A stretch of 24,000 nt of DNA, taken from the NCBI RefSeq assembly GCF_006265115.1, contig NZ_SMDR01000003.1:323694-347693 (forward strand), written 5' to 3'. Shown here piece by piece: positions 1-7,582 of the stretch. A program made the position numbers and the translations under genes. The DNA is from Arenimonas terrae (GTDB taxonomy: Bacteria > Pseudomonadota > Gammaproteobacteria > Xanthomonadales > Xanthomonadaceae). Every line of letters starts with the position of its first letter. Positions within the stretch are counted from its first letter, which is position 1. The notes beneath the pieces are model-generated. The model did no database searches, was not told where the DNA came from, and saw only the letters and a program-made list of their open reading frames with translations.

Positions 1-1025
1 CTAAGCTCGTCGCCTGCCGTTCTCTCCGTTTCAGGAGCATCCGACCTGGTTGCGGGACCTCTTTGCTCCGCACCCCGTATCGAGAGGAACGCGAGTCCGC
101 AGAGCACCACAAGCACCGCAATCACCGGCAGCTTCGGAAAGCCAGGGAGCAGCATTGCGACCAGCAGGACTACGCCGACAATCAGCAACGCGCGTGGGTT
201 GGCGAGCATCTGTCGCGGAATTTCGGTCCCGAGCTGGGCATCGGCCGCGGCTCGTGTGATGATGATGCCTGTGGCGACGGCGATGACTAGTGACGGAATT
301 TGCGTGACGATCCCGTCGCCGATAGTGAGCAGGGTAAACCGCTGGACCGCGTCGGCCCACGGCAGTCCCATCTGAGCGATGCCGATGGCCAGGCCGCCGA
401 CGATATTGACGCCGATGATGATGATTCCGGCGATCGCATCGCCCTTGACGAACTTCGTCGCGCCGTCCATCGCGCCGTAGAAGTTGGCCTCTCTTTCTAC
501 CAACGCTCGTCTAGAACGCGCCTCCTTCTCATCGATCAAACCCATGTTCATATCGGCGTCGATGCTCATTTGCTTGCCGGGCATGCTGTCTAGCGTGAAC
601 CTCGCAGCGACTTCGGCCACGCGCTGTGCGCCGCTGGTCACAACCACGTACTGAACGACCACGAGAATAAGGAAGACGACGACACCGACGATGTAGTTGC
701 CGCCCACGACGAACTCTCCGATCGCACCAATGACCCGACCGGCATCGGCACCTTCCAGGATGAGGCGGGTGGCCGAGACGTTTAGCGCCAGCCTGAACAG
801 CGTCGACAGGAGCAGCAAAGTCGGAAAAGTCGAGAACTTGAGTGGCGTCTCGATGAAAAAGGTCACAAGAAGCACCAGCAGCGCCATGCTGATGTTGGTT
901 ATGAGAAGGAAGTCGAGCACCGGCGATGGAACTGGAACAAACAACAGCATCAGTACGCCCATCACTAGTGCGATAAGCACCAGGTCGCGACGACCCGCCC
1001 ACAGTTGCTGGAGGGCATGCATCAT
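1..1025 (-). CDS. sctV: Type III secretion export-gate protein SctV (FlhA/HrcV/YscV family), N-terminal ~341 codons; continues beyond the left edge
   Basis: Absent from the ORF track (no stop in window). My translation of the minus strand from ATG 1025: MMHALQQLWAGRRDLVLIALVMGVLMLLFVPVPSPVLDFLLITNISMALLVLLVTFF..FRLALNVSATRLILEGADAGRVIGAIGEFVVGGNYIVG..ARFTLDSMPGKQMSIDADMNMGLIDEKEA..FYGAMDGATKFVKGDAIAG..LTIGDGIVTQIPSLVIAVATGIIITR. FTLDxMPGKQMSIDAD and KFVKGDAIAG are FHIPEP-family hallmarks. KQMSID and the short ILEGADAG loop resemble injectisome rather than flagellar FlhA. The ATG overlaps the sctU stop (ATGA, 1022-1025). Confidence 0.9.
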   Translation of the reverse strand, partial: MMHALQQLWAGRRDLVLIALVMGVLMLLFVPVPSPVLDFLLITNISMALLVLLVTFFIETPLKFSTFPTLLLLSTLFRLALNVSATRLILEGADAGRVIGAIGEFVVGGNYIVGVVVFLILVVVQYVVVTSGAQRVAEVAARFTLDSMPGKQMSIDADMNMGLIDEKEARSRRALVEREANFYGAMDGATKFVKGDAIAGIIIIGVNIVGGLAIGIAQMGLPWADAVQRFTLLTIGDGIVTQIPSLVIAVATGIIITRAAADAQLGTEIPRQMLANPRALLIVGVVLLVAMLLPGFPKLPVIAVLVVLCGLAFLSIRGAEQRGPATRSDAPETERTAGDEL

Positions 1026-2086
1026 CGCTCGTCCCTCATCGCCCAGATGCGCCGGTAGATGGGAGCCAGCGCGATATACAGGTCAGCCGGGACCATTGCG
1101 TCAATTCCGCAACCTTTGTAGAGCGCCCGGGCCAGCACAGGCGACCTGATGATTGGGACGCCGCTCTTCGCGGCGATCTTGCGAATCTGGGCGCTGAGCG
1201 CGCCCGCGCCTTTGGCCGTGACCACCGGCGCCATCGTCTCCCCGACGCGGTAGCGGAGTGCGACGGCAAAATGGGTCGGATTGGTGACGACCACATCGGC
1301 GTCCTTCACACTCGCCAGCGCTTTGATCTTGCGAAGAAGTTCCTGAACCTGCTGCTTTCGCTTTGCCTTCACCGCTTGGTCGCCATCGCGGCGCTTGATC
1401 TCGTCCTTCAGCTCTCGCCGGCTCATCTTCATCCGGCGCTTGAAATCACGCCTGACGAATAGCAGGTCGACGACTGCGGCGGCCGCGATGACGATCAGGA
1501 CATAGATTGAAGCGGTCTTGAACATGTCCAGCAGCACCGCGCCGAGCTTCTTTGGATGCGCAGACGCGATGCTGTCGGTCACCGCCTGCAGGTTCCACAG
1601 GAAGGCGGCACAGATTGCGGCGAGCACCGACAGTTTGACCAGAATCTTTCCCAGCTCCCACAGCGATTTCATCGAGAATATTCGCTTTATCGCGGTGGCC
1701 GGACTTAGCCTGGAGAAGTCCGGCCGCAACGGATGGGTGGTGAACATCGGTCCGGTCTGCGCTAGGTTCGCGGCCACGGCGATCACCGGAAGTCCGATCG
1801 CGAGCGGGGCAAGCGCCTGCCAAAGCGATGACGACGACAGCAGGGATCGGGCCACGAAGGCGCCGTCTACAGCCGGAGACGAGCTGGCCACGGCGATCAT
1901 CCGCTTCGTCATGCCAGCGATGGCCATGGCGATGGCAGGCGCCGTCAGTGCGACGATCGCCGCCGAGACGATCATCACCAGTGCGGACGATAGATCCATG
2001 CTTTTCGCCACCTCGCCCTTCTTCCTGGCCTCTTCCAGCCGGTAAGGGGTGGCCTGTTCGGTCTTGTCCTGGTCCTGGTCGCTCAT
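1022..2086 (-). CDS. sctU: Type III secretion substrate-specificity switch protein SctU (FlhB/YscU/HrcU family)
   Basis: 354 aa. N-terminus MSDQDQDKTEQATPYRLEEARKKGEVAKS is the FlhB/SctU signature. Four hydrophobic segments. Conserved NPTH autocleavage site within VVTNPTHFAVALRY. Length fits injectisome SctU. Start is 1 nt after the sctT stop. Confidence 0.9.
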   Translation of the reverse strand: MSDQDQDKTEQATPYRLEEARKKGEVAKSMDLSSALVMIVSAAIVALTAPAIAMAIAGMTKRMIAVASSSPAVDGAFVARSLLSSSSLWQALAPLAIGLPVIAVAANLAQTGPMFTTHPLRPDFSRLSPATAIKRIFSMKSLWELGKILVKLSVLAAICAAFLWNLQAVTDSIASAHPKKLGAVLLDMFKTASIYVLIVIAAAAVVDLLFVRRDFKRRMKMSRRELKDEIKRRDGDQAVKAKRKQQVQELLRKIKALASVKDADVVVTNPTHFAVALRYRVGETMAPVVTAKGAGALSAQIRKIAAKSGVPIIRSPVLARALYKGCGIDAMVPADLYIALAPIYRRIWAMRDER

Positions 2087-2087
2087 G

Positions 2088-2861
2088 TCACATTCCCAGC
2101 ACCGACGGAACGCGCGACGTAGCGTCCCGGAACAGCCGCGCGAACGCGGCCGGCATGGCCCCGAGCGAGGATGCCGTCAGAATCATCGCAACGAACACCT
2201 TGAGCGGCAGGGCCAGGAAGTAGACATTCGCTTGCGGCATCGAGCGTGTCGCATAGGCAACACCGACGTCTATCGCGAAGAGGCAGAGAACCGTGGGCGC
2301 GGCGACCATCAGACCCAGGAGGAAGCTCGACCCCACCATGGACAAGAATGCGCTTGCATCCAGGTAGACGCTCGACCCGGCGAAGGGAAGCACTTCCGCG
2401 CTGACTACCAGGCCTGCGTAGAGGTCCAGATGAAGGTCCATGGTGAAAAATAGGGTCGTGGCCAACAGCAGAAGTGCCGCTCCAAGCGGCGACTGGGCAT
2501 CACCCTGCGAACCGGGATCGAACAATGTCGCTGAGCCAAGGCCCGCCTGAACGTCGATCACCCAGCCGGCCGTATGCACCGCAGCCATTGGAAAGGCCAC
2601 GGCGGCTCCAAAAGCCGTTCCGATCGCCAGCTCACTTAGCGCAGCGATCGTCCAGGCCACCGGCCCGCTCAGGTCAGCGGGTATCGCCGCGGGCGATGAC
2701 GCCAGAACCGTCAGCCAGGCTAGGCTCAGAACCACGACGATACGAATCAGAGGCGGCGCCCAACGCATCGGGGACAGGGGCGGAATGGCAACGACGGGGA
2801 TGTATCGGATCACGGCGAGCAGGAACATCCCCATCGCTCCCTCGACATGCTGCATGTTCAC
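2088..2861 (-). CDS. sctT: Type III secretion export apparatus protein SctT (FliR/HrcT family)
   Basis: 257-aa polytopic membrane protein in the canonical position between sctS and sctU. GTG 2861 overlaps the sctS stop (GTGA); alternative ATG at 2855. Confidence 0.8.
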   Translation of the reverse strand: MNMQHVEGAMGMFLLAVIRYIPVVAIPPLSPMRWAPPLIRIVVVLSLAWLTVLASSPAAIPADLSGPVAWTIAALSELAIGTAFGAAVAFPMAAVHTAGWVIDVQAGLGSATLFDPGSQGDAQSPLGAALLLLATTLFFTMDLHLDLYAGLVVSAEVLPFAGSSVYLDASAFLSMVGSSFLLGLMVAAPTVLCLFAIDVGVAYATRSMPQANVYFLALPLKVFVAMILTASSLGAMPAAFARLFRDATSRVPSVLGM

Positions 2862-3121
2862 AGCCGGCCCGCCAGTTCGAACATCTGGCGCGACAGGTCG
2901 ACCGCCACCGACATCATCCAGCTTCCGAAAGCGAGACAGATGCCCATGAGGACAATCAGCTTCGGAACAAAGGTCAGGGTCATTTCCTGGATCTGTGTGA
3001 CCACTTGGACGATTGAAACGAGCACTCCCACAACCAAAGTTGCCAGCAGCAGCGGCATAGATATCTTCGCGGCGGCCAATAGGGTGTCCGCTAGCAGGCG
3101 GATGGCGAGATCGGAGTCCAC
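2858..3121 (-). CDS. sctS: Type III secretion export apparatus protein SctS (FliQ/HrcS family)
   Basis: 87 aa, two hydrophobic helices. VSIVQVVTQIQEMTLTFVPKL matches the FliQ/SctS Q-x-TQIQE-x-T/L-x-FVPK motif. GTG start 8 nt after the TPR gene stop. Confidence 0.85.
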   Translation of the reverse strand: MDSDLAIRLLADTLLAAAKISMPLLLATLVVGVLVSIVQVVTQIQEMTLTFVPKLIVLMGICLAFGSWMMSVAVDLSRQMFELAGRL

Positions 3122-3129
3122 TGCGGCAC

Positions 3130-4275
3130 CTAGTCTTTCCGTCGTGATGCGTACGCGGAGGACAGCCTTTGAGCGATGAGTTTCAGGGATGGCCCCCCCG
3201 GGATGCCCGCTTTGGCGAGGATCGCCGCAAACATCCGCTCGGCCCGGCCGGTGTCACCACGGGCGCTTTCGAGCAGCGCTTTCGCCAACATTGCGGTTAT
3301 TGCGGTTGGGTCGAGCCTGAGTGCTATGGAGAGGTGCTGCTCGGCTTGTTCCTCGTCGCCTCGCAGCGTGGCTACCAAAGCCAGTCCTCCGTGGCTGTCA
3401 CCGAAGTTCCGCTCCGCCTCACGGGCGCGGCGGTAGCTCAGCTCGGCCGCGTCCAGGTTCCCCTGCAGAAGTTGCGCCCAAGCAAGCGCATGCAGCGTTC
3501 CCACATGCCGAGGCATGATGCGCGCCGCCGCTGAGAGCAGTTCCTCGGCGCGCGCGAAATCGGCTCTTGCCAGCGCGATTTCACCACTTCCGAACAGCGT
3601 CCGGCCCGACGCCGGGTATCGGCGCAGTATCCGCTCATGCAGTCGTTCGGCCGATTCCAGCTCGCCTTCCCAGCGGAAGATCGTTGCGACGGTGACCAAT
3701 GCTTCGTGCTGGTTCGCGTCCCTGCTCAACGCCGCGACCGCGTCGGCCCGAGCATCTGCCAATCGGTTGCTGTCGAGCATGGCGATTGACTTCACGCCTA
3801 GCGTGGTCGGATTCCCGGGATCCCGTGTGAGCGCGGCCTCGACGCATGCGATGGCTTTCTCCAGCTCATCCGTAGCCATGTGTATCCTGGCTTTCAGGAC
3901 GAGCAGGTCGGTGCTCTCTCCAAACCTTTCGAGCGCCTCCGAAACCAGCTTCATCGCCGCGTCTGAGTCACGGATGCAGAAGAGGGCGTGCGCCCGGTCG
4001 TGCTCAAGCCAAGACGCCTGTACACCCTCCGAGCGCAGCGCTTCGTACTCGGAAATGGCTTCGTGGAAACGGCCGCGCGCAAGGGCCGACCGGGCCACGC
4101 GCACCCGGATTTCCGGCAGGGAACGGATCTCCGCCGGCACCGAGCACAGCAGCTCCGCCGCTTCGCGATAGGAAGCGTCACGAAAAAGGTCGTCGGCGAC
4201 CTCGCCGACGAGCTTTGGATTGGCTGGGTCGCGCTCAAGCAGGGAGCCCAGCGCGCTGGTTGCGGTTTGGTTCAC
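3130..4275 (-). CDS. TPR-repeat protein (381 aa from GTG 4275) sitting where sctR is normally found
   Basis: The track ORF 3130..4557 would overlap the AraC gene by 190 nt. GTG 4275 is the most upstream in-frame start outside that gene, preceded by GAAAGAG 8 nt upstream. The sequence is a series of Ala/Leu/Arg-rich ~34-aa helical repeats (e.g. LHALAWAQLLQGNLDAAELSYRRAREAE, AEQHLSIALRLDPTAITAMLAKALLE), typical of TPR. Confidence 0.7.
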   Translation of the reverse strand: MNQTATSALGSLLERDPANPKLVGEVADDLFRDASYREAAELLCSVPAEIRSLPEIRVRVARSALARGRFHEAISEYEALRSEGVQASWLEHDRAHALFCIRDSDAAMKLVSEALERFGESTDLLVLKARIHMATDELEKAIACVEAALTRDPGNPTTLGVKSIAMLDSNRLADARADAVAALSRDANQHEALVTVATIFRWEGELESAERLHERILRRYPASGRTLFGSGEIALARADFARAEELLSAAARIMPRHVGTLHALAWAQLLQGNLDAAELSYRRAREAERNFGDSHGGLALVATLRGDEEQAEQHLSIALRLDPTAITAMLAKALLESARGDTGRAERMFAAILAKAGIPGGPSLKLIAQRLSSAYASRRKD

Positions 4276-4334
4276 GTGCGGATCTCTTTCGACAGCGTCG
4301 TTCCGGCGATCGAATGCGGCAGGCGTTGTTTCAT
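4272..4334 (-). other. 20-codon upstream ORF (MKQRLPHSIAGTTLSKEIRT) whose TGA overlaps the GTG start of the TPR gene
   Basis: ATG 4334..4332; stop TGA 4274..4272 overlaps GTG 4275..4273 (GTGA). Lies in the 92-nt AraC-TPR intergenic region. No evidence that it is translated. Confidence 0.2.
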
Positions 4335-4367
4335 CTCGAACAAGCGTCTCACGAGCGCAGGTTTTTT

Positions 4368-5261
4368 TTACCGCCGTTTGTCTGCCGTGTTTGTCTTCTT
4401 CGAGGCGACTGTGTTCGCTCCTACCAGCTTTCGGACCGTCGGTGATGGCATGGAGCGTTCGTCGCTTGGACGCTTTCCGAACGTCCGCCGATACATCCGG
4501 CCGAAGCTCGCGCAGTTTTCGAAACCGCACTCCACGGCGATCCGCTTCACAGGCCAATCGGTCGTTCTCAGGAGAGCGCAGGCATGCTGTGCGCGGAGCC
4601 GGATGGACGCCTCCTGCGGACTCTCTTCATAAATCTCCAGAAACTGCCGCGACAGATACCACCGCGAGAAGTTGGTTAGAGCTGAAAGCTCTTCGAGCCG
4701 CACCACCCGGTGCCGGTTTCCATCGAGCATCAACCGCGCGCGCTGCATCCGCGCGAACACTCTCAGCCGGCTAGCGGCCGACCGACCGGGGCAACGCGCG
4801 ATGCTGGCGTCATGGCACCGCGCCAGCGGCGCGAGCGCGAGAAGCATCTCCGTCGCGGCCTGAGCCTCGGGCAGCCGGCCGGCGGCGCCCACCCGCCACA
4901 ACGCCACGATGCGGCGACGCGCCGCCAGGTCGAAGCGTCCCCGGCCCGGCACGATGCCGAGCTCCCGGGCCTGCCGCGCCCACCGGCCCGAAAGGACAAC
5001 GCCTATCAGGACGCCGAGGCTGTTTCCGAGGATCTTCTGCGAAGGACTGCGATCCAGGACCAGCCATTCGCCCGGATCAAGGGCGAACTGACCCTCTCGG
5101 GCCCGAAGATGGCCGCCGCGCCGGACTTGCAGCCAGATCGACAGCTCCCCGCCCGTACCATCGAGCTCACTCTCATTCCGACCTGCAACTGCCCAAGCAA
5201 TATCCGGACTCCGCGAGCCGCTCCCGGCCAGCGACATCAGCTTGCTGCGTCCCAACTCCAT
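4368..5261 (-). CDS. AraC/XylS-family transcriptional regulator at the edge of the T3SS cluster
   Basis: 297 aa. C-terminal double HTH region: VRLEELSALTNFSRWYLSRQFLEIYEESPQEASIRLRAQHACALLRTTDWPVKRIAVECGFENCASFGRMYRRTFGKRPS. GAGGGG lies 6 nt before the ATG. AT-rich putative promoter region upstream. Confidence 0.85.
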   Translation of the reverse strand: MELGRSKLMSLAGSGSRSPDIAWAVAGRNESELDGTGGELSIWLQVRRGGHLRAREGQFALDPGEWLVLDRSPSQKILGNSLGVLIGVVLSGRWARQARELGIVPGRGRFDLAARRRIVALWRVGAAGRLPEAQAATEMLLALAPLARCHDASIARCPGRSAASRLRVFARMQRARLMLDGNRHRVVRLEELSALTNFSRWYLSRQFLEIYEESPQEASIRLRAQHACALLRTTDWPVKRIAVECGFENCASFGRMYRRTFGKRPSDERSMPSPTVRKLVGANTVASKKTNTADKRR

Positions 5262-5284
5262 GTCTCGCCCCTCTGAACCAAAGG

Positions 5285-5400
5285 GGTCCGTATGCCGGGC
5301 GCCCGTCCGGACGACATGAAAGACGGAAGAAATAACTAGAAAATTAAGCTTCTTTTTTTATTTTCTTTTGCAATCAACGAATTAGCTACGGACATGAGAC
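5285..5400. other. AT-rich junction between the lower-GC T3SS segment and high-GC core DNA; probable promoter region of the AraC gene
   Basis: aaagacggaagaaataactagaaaattaagcttctttttttattttcttttgcaatcaacgaattagc is far more AT-rich than anything else in the window. Composition steps from about 60% to about 70% GC across it (hand counts of single lines). Confidence 0.6.
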
Positions 5401-5516
5401 GCCCGCCGTCGGCTGACCGCCGCTGCTGCGCCCGGTACCGACGGTCCTCCGGTCGAGACGCCACGCCGATCAGCGGCCCTGATTGTCTGTCGGGAGCCGA
5501 GAGCGGCCGCCCGCCT

Positions 5517-6548
5517 TCACATGGCATCGTCGGGCACAGGGATCAGCAGGGTGAACACAGTGTGGCCCGGCCGCGAGCGGTAGCTCAGTGAGCCGCGGTG
5601 TTCGCGCGCCACCTGCTGGGCCAGCGGCAGGCCGAGGCCGCTGCCTTCGGCGCGGCCGGACACCAGCGGCAGGAAAATGCGTTCGGCCAGGTCCTCGGGC
5701 ACGCCGCGGCCGTCGTCGGCGATCTCGACGCGCACGGCCAGGCGGTGCGCGCTGTCGCCGATCAGCAGGTGGTGTTCGGCGCGGGTACGCAGCTGCACGG
5801 TGGTGGCGCCGGACTCGAGCGCGTTGCGCACCAGGTTCCACAGCGCCTGCGCCAGGCGGTCGCCGTCGCCGGGGAATTCCGGCAGCGAGGGATCGAAGTC
5901 GCGCACCAGCTTGATCGCCCAGCCGGCTTCGACTTCCGCCAGCTGACGCACGCGCTCGAGCACGGCGTGGATATTGGTCGGCGCGAACGCGCGCGGCGGC
6001 GCCGGGTTGAGCAGGCGGTCGACCAGGGCGGCAAGACGGTCCACTTCGCTGCCGATCAGGTCCACCAGTTCGCGGGTTTCGTCGCCTTCGACGCGGCGCG
6101 CCAGCAGCTGCGCGGCACCCTTCATGCCGGCCAGCGGATTGCGGATCTCGTGCGCCAGGCCCTTGAGCGCGGCGGACAGTGCGGCCGGCAGGGCGGTCGC
6201 GGGATCTTCGCCGGGGAATTCTTCGGCCAGGTGCGCTTCCAGGCGCAGGCCGCCATCGTCGCTGCGCGCCAGCCACAGATCGGCGAAGCGTTCGCTGCCG
6301 CCCGGATGCGCGAGCCGGGCGCGCCGCACGCGCAGCGCTTCGCCGGAGGCCGGCAGGCGCGGCAGCAGTTCGGTCAGGCGGCCGCCCTCGGCATCGAGTT
6401 CCCCCAGGCCCAGGCCGACCAGGCGCCGGGCGCTCACGCCCAGCCAGCTGGCGAAGGCAGCATTGCAGCCCAGCAGCCGGCCCTCGGCATCGGCCCAGGC
6501 CAGGGGCGTGCTGAGCTGGTCGGCGGTGGGCGGCAGCGGCTCGGACAT
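5517..6548 (-). CDS. ntrB: Nitrogen-regulation sensor histidine kinase NtrB (GlnL)
   Basis: 343 aa. N-terminal PAS-like region. H-box LKGLAHEIRNPLAGMKGAAQLLARR. RDFDPSLPEFPGD and PLVSGRAEGSGLGLPLAQ closely parallel E. coli NtrB (RDYDPSLPE.., PMVSGREGGTGLGLS). C-terminal PGHTVFTLLIP. Confidence 0.85.
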   Translation of the reverse strand: MSEPLPPTADQLSTPLAWADAEGRLLGCNAAFASWLGVSARRLVGLGLGELDAEGGRLTELLPRLPASGEALRVRRARLAHPGGSERFADLWLARSDDGGLRLEAHLAEEFPGEDPATALPAALSAALKGLAHEIRNPLAGMKGAAQLLARRVEGDETRELVDLIGSEVDRLAALVDRLLNPAPPRAFAPTNIHAVLERVRQLAEVEAGWAIKLVRDFDPSLPEFPGDGDRLAQALWNLVRNALESGATTVQLRTRAEHHLLIGDSAHRLAVRVEIADDGRGVPEDLAERIFLPLVSGRAEGSGLGLPLAQQVAREHRGSLSYRSRPGHTVFTLLIPVPDDAM

Positions 6549-6581
6549 GGCCGCAGCATAGTGAACCCGCCGCGGGAACGG

Positions 6582-6857
6582 CTACTGGCCGCCGCCGCCG
6601 GCCGCCCGCCGGCGGTTGCGCCGGTAGATCAGCTGGCCGGCGATGGCGGTCAGGCACAAGGCCGAATTGGTAGTCAGGAATACCCAGTTCTGCAGCAGCC
6701 AGCTGTAGAGCGCGAAGCCGGCGCTGGCCGATAGCTGGCCGACGAACAGCCACGAGGACACGCCCTCGGTGCTGCCGCTGCGCCACTGCACCACGACCTG
6801 GCGGACCAGCGTCGCCAGCAGCACCGCCGACGCCAGCCAGCCGATCGCTTCGGCCAC
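6582..6857 (-). CDS. Small 3-TM membrane protein, PQ-loop/SemiSWEET-like (MtN3 clan)
   Basis: 91 aa. Aligns without gaps to the SemiSWEET pattern: IGWLASAVLLATLVRQVVVQWRSGSTEGVSSWLF..ALYSWLLQNWVFLTTNSALC versus IG..A...T....PQ..K..KT+S..G.S......LW..YG.....P....N. RQ replaces the PQ motif; the conserved Asn in TM3 is present. GTG start 3 nt after the upstream stop. Confidence 0.5.
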   Translation of the reverse strand: MAEAIGWLASAVLLATLVRQVVVQWRSGSTEGVSSWLFVGQLSASAGFALYSWLLQNWVFLTTNSALCLTAIAGQLIYRRNRRRAAGGGGQ

Positions 6858-6860
6858 GGA

Positions 6861-7478
6861 CTAGTGCTTCTTGAGCATCTCGTCGCGGGCCTGCTCGGCG
6901 CGCGAGGCGCCGATCTTGGTCTCCACGTGCTTGACCTCCTCCGGCGGCGGCAGCACCGCCGGCAGGCCCAGCGACTGGATCCACAGCTCGCGGGTCCAGC
7001 CGGTGGTGTGCAGCAGGTGGTGGTGTTCGTCCTTGGCGACGGCGTCGTAGGCCTGCTGCAGCACTTTGGTCTCGTCGCCCGAGCCCTTCTCGGCCAGCAG
7101 GCCGATCAGCTCCCAGTTCTGGTGGTCCTTGGTCTCGGCCAGCACGACGCATTCGCCGGCCACCAGCTGCGCGGCTTCGGCATCGGCGGACTCGCGCGCC
7201 ATTTCGATGGCCTGCACCAGCGACTTGCCGATATGCGCCACCACCTCGCGTCCCGGCGAACGCTGCTCGGGGTCGAGCCCGACCTGTTCGAACACGTTGA
7301 TCAGCACCTCGTGGTGGCGGCGGGTCTGCTCGAGATATTCCTGCCACTCCTCGCGCAGGTCGTCGTTGACCGCGCATTCGATCGCCGCGGTGTAGACCTC
7401 GATGCCACCGAGTTCGGTTTCCAGCGCCTGCAGCAGCAGTTCCTCGAGCTGGGCGCGGTCGTACTTCTTCTTGGCCAT
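6861..7478 (-). CDS. Ferritin-like / four-helix-bundle domain protein (205 aa)
   Basis: Only the C-terminal 205 codons of track ORF 6861..8804 look real: ATG 7478 is preceded by AAGGAA 5 nt upstream. MAKKKYDRAQLEELLLQALETELGGIEVYTAAIECA..EWQEYLEQTRRHHEVL..DEHHHLLHTTGW has paired E/H-containing helices as in ferritin-like proteins. Family assignment is by eye only. Confidence 0.6.
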   Translation of the reverse strand: MAKKKYDRAQLEELLLQALETELGGIEVYTAAIECAVNDDLREEWQEYLEQTRRHHEVLINVFEQVGLDPEQRSPGREVVAHIGKSLVQAIEMARESADAEAAQLVAGECVVLAETKDHQNWELIGLLAEKGSGDETKVLQQAYDAVAKDEHHHLLHTTGWTRELWIQSLGLPAVLPPPEEVKHVETKIGASRAEQARDEMLKKH

Positions 7479-7510
7479 GACGGTTCCTTGGTGGTGGGGG
7501 GATCGCGGTG

Positions 7511-7539
7511 GGCGCCCCGGACGAGGCGTCCGGGGCGCC
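7511..7539. other. Perfect 13-bp GC-rich stem-loop between the PA2169-family and ferritin-like genes
   Basis: ggcgccccggacg-agg-cgtccggggcgcc. No U-tract on either strand. Confidence 0.6.
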
Positions 7540-7582
7540 GCCGCGGGGACCGGCGGGGGAGGAAATCCGGTCCCAGGGGGAC

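Noticed and set aside
300-1149. Track ORFs 300..593(+), 529..1002(-) and 697..1149(+) in the first kilobase
   Set aside because: All are wrong-frame or antisense to the hand-translated sctV reading frame, which has unmistakable FlhA/SctV motifs.
4310-4340. Canonical PIP box / hrpII box upstream of the TPR-sct operon
   Set aside because: The TTCGA repeats are 26 bp apart (N21), not the N15/N16 spacing of described PIP/hrpII boxes. Kept only as a low-interest variant.
4276-4557. N-terminal extension of the TPR ORF (track start 4557)
   Set aside because: It overlaps the AraC gene's 3' end by 190 nt and is not TPR-like. GTG 4275 with an upstream purine-rich SD fits the intergenic gap.
5262-5516. 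Possible ntrC remnant or island attachment-site repeat downstream of ntrB
   Set aside because: None of the three minus-strand frames shows REC-domain or NtrC-like sequence (e.g. no VDDD motif). I found no tRNA-like 3' end or direct repeat. Only weak imperfect hairpins are present.
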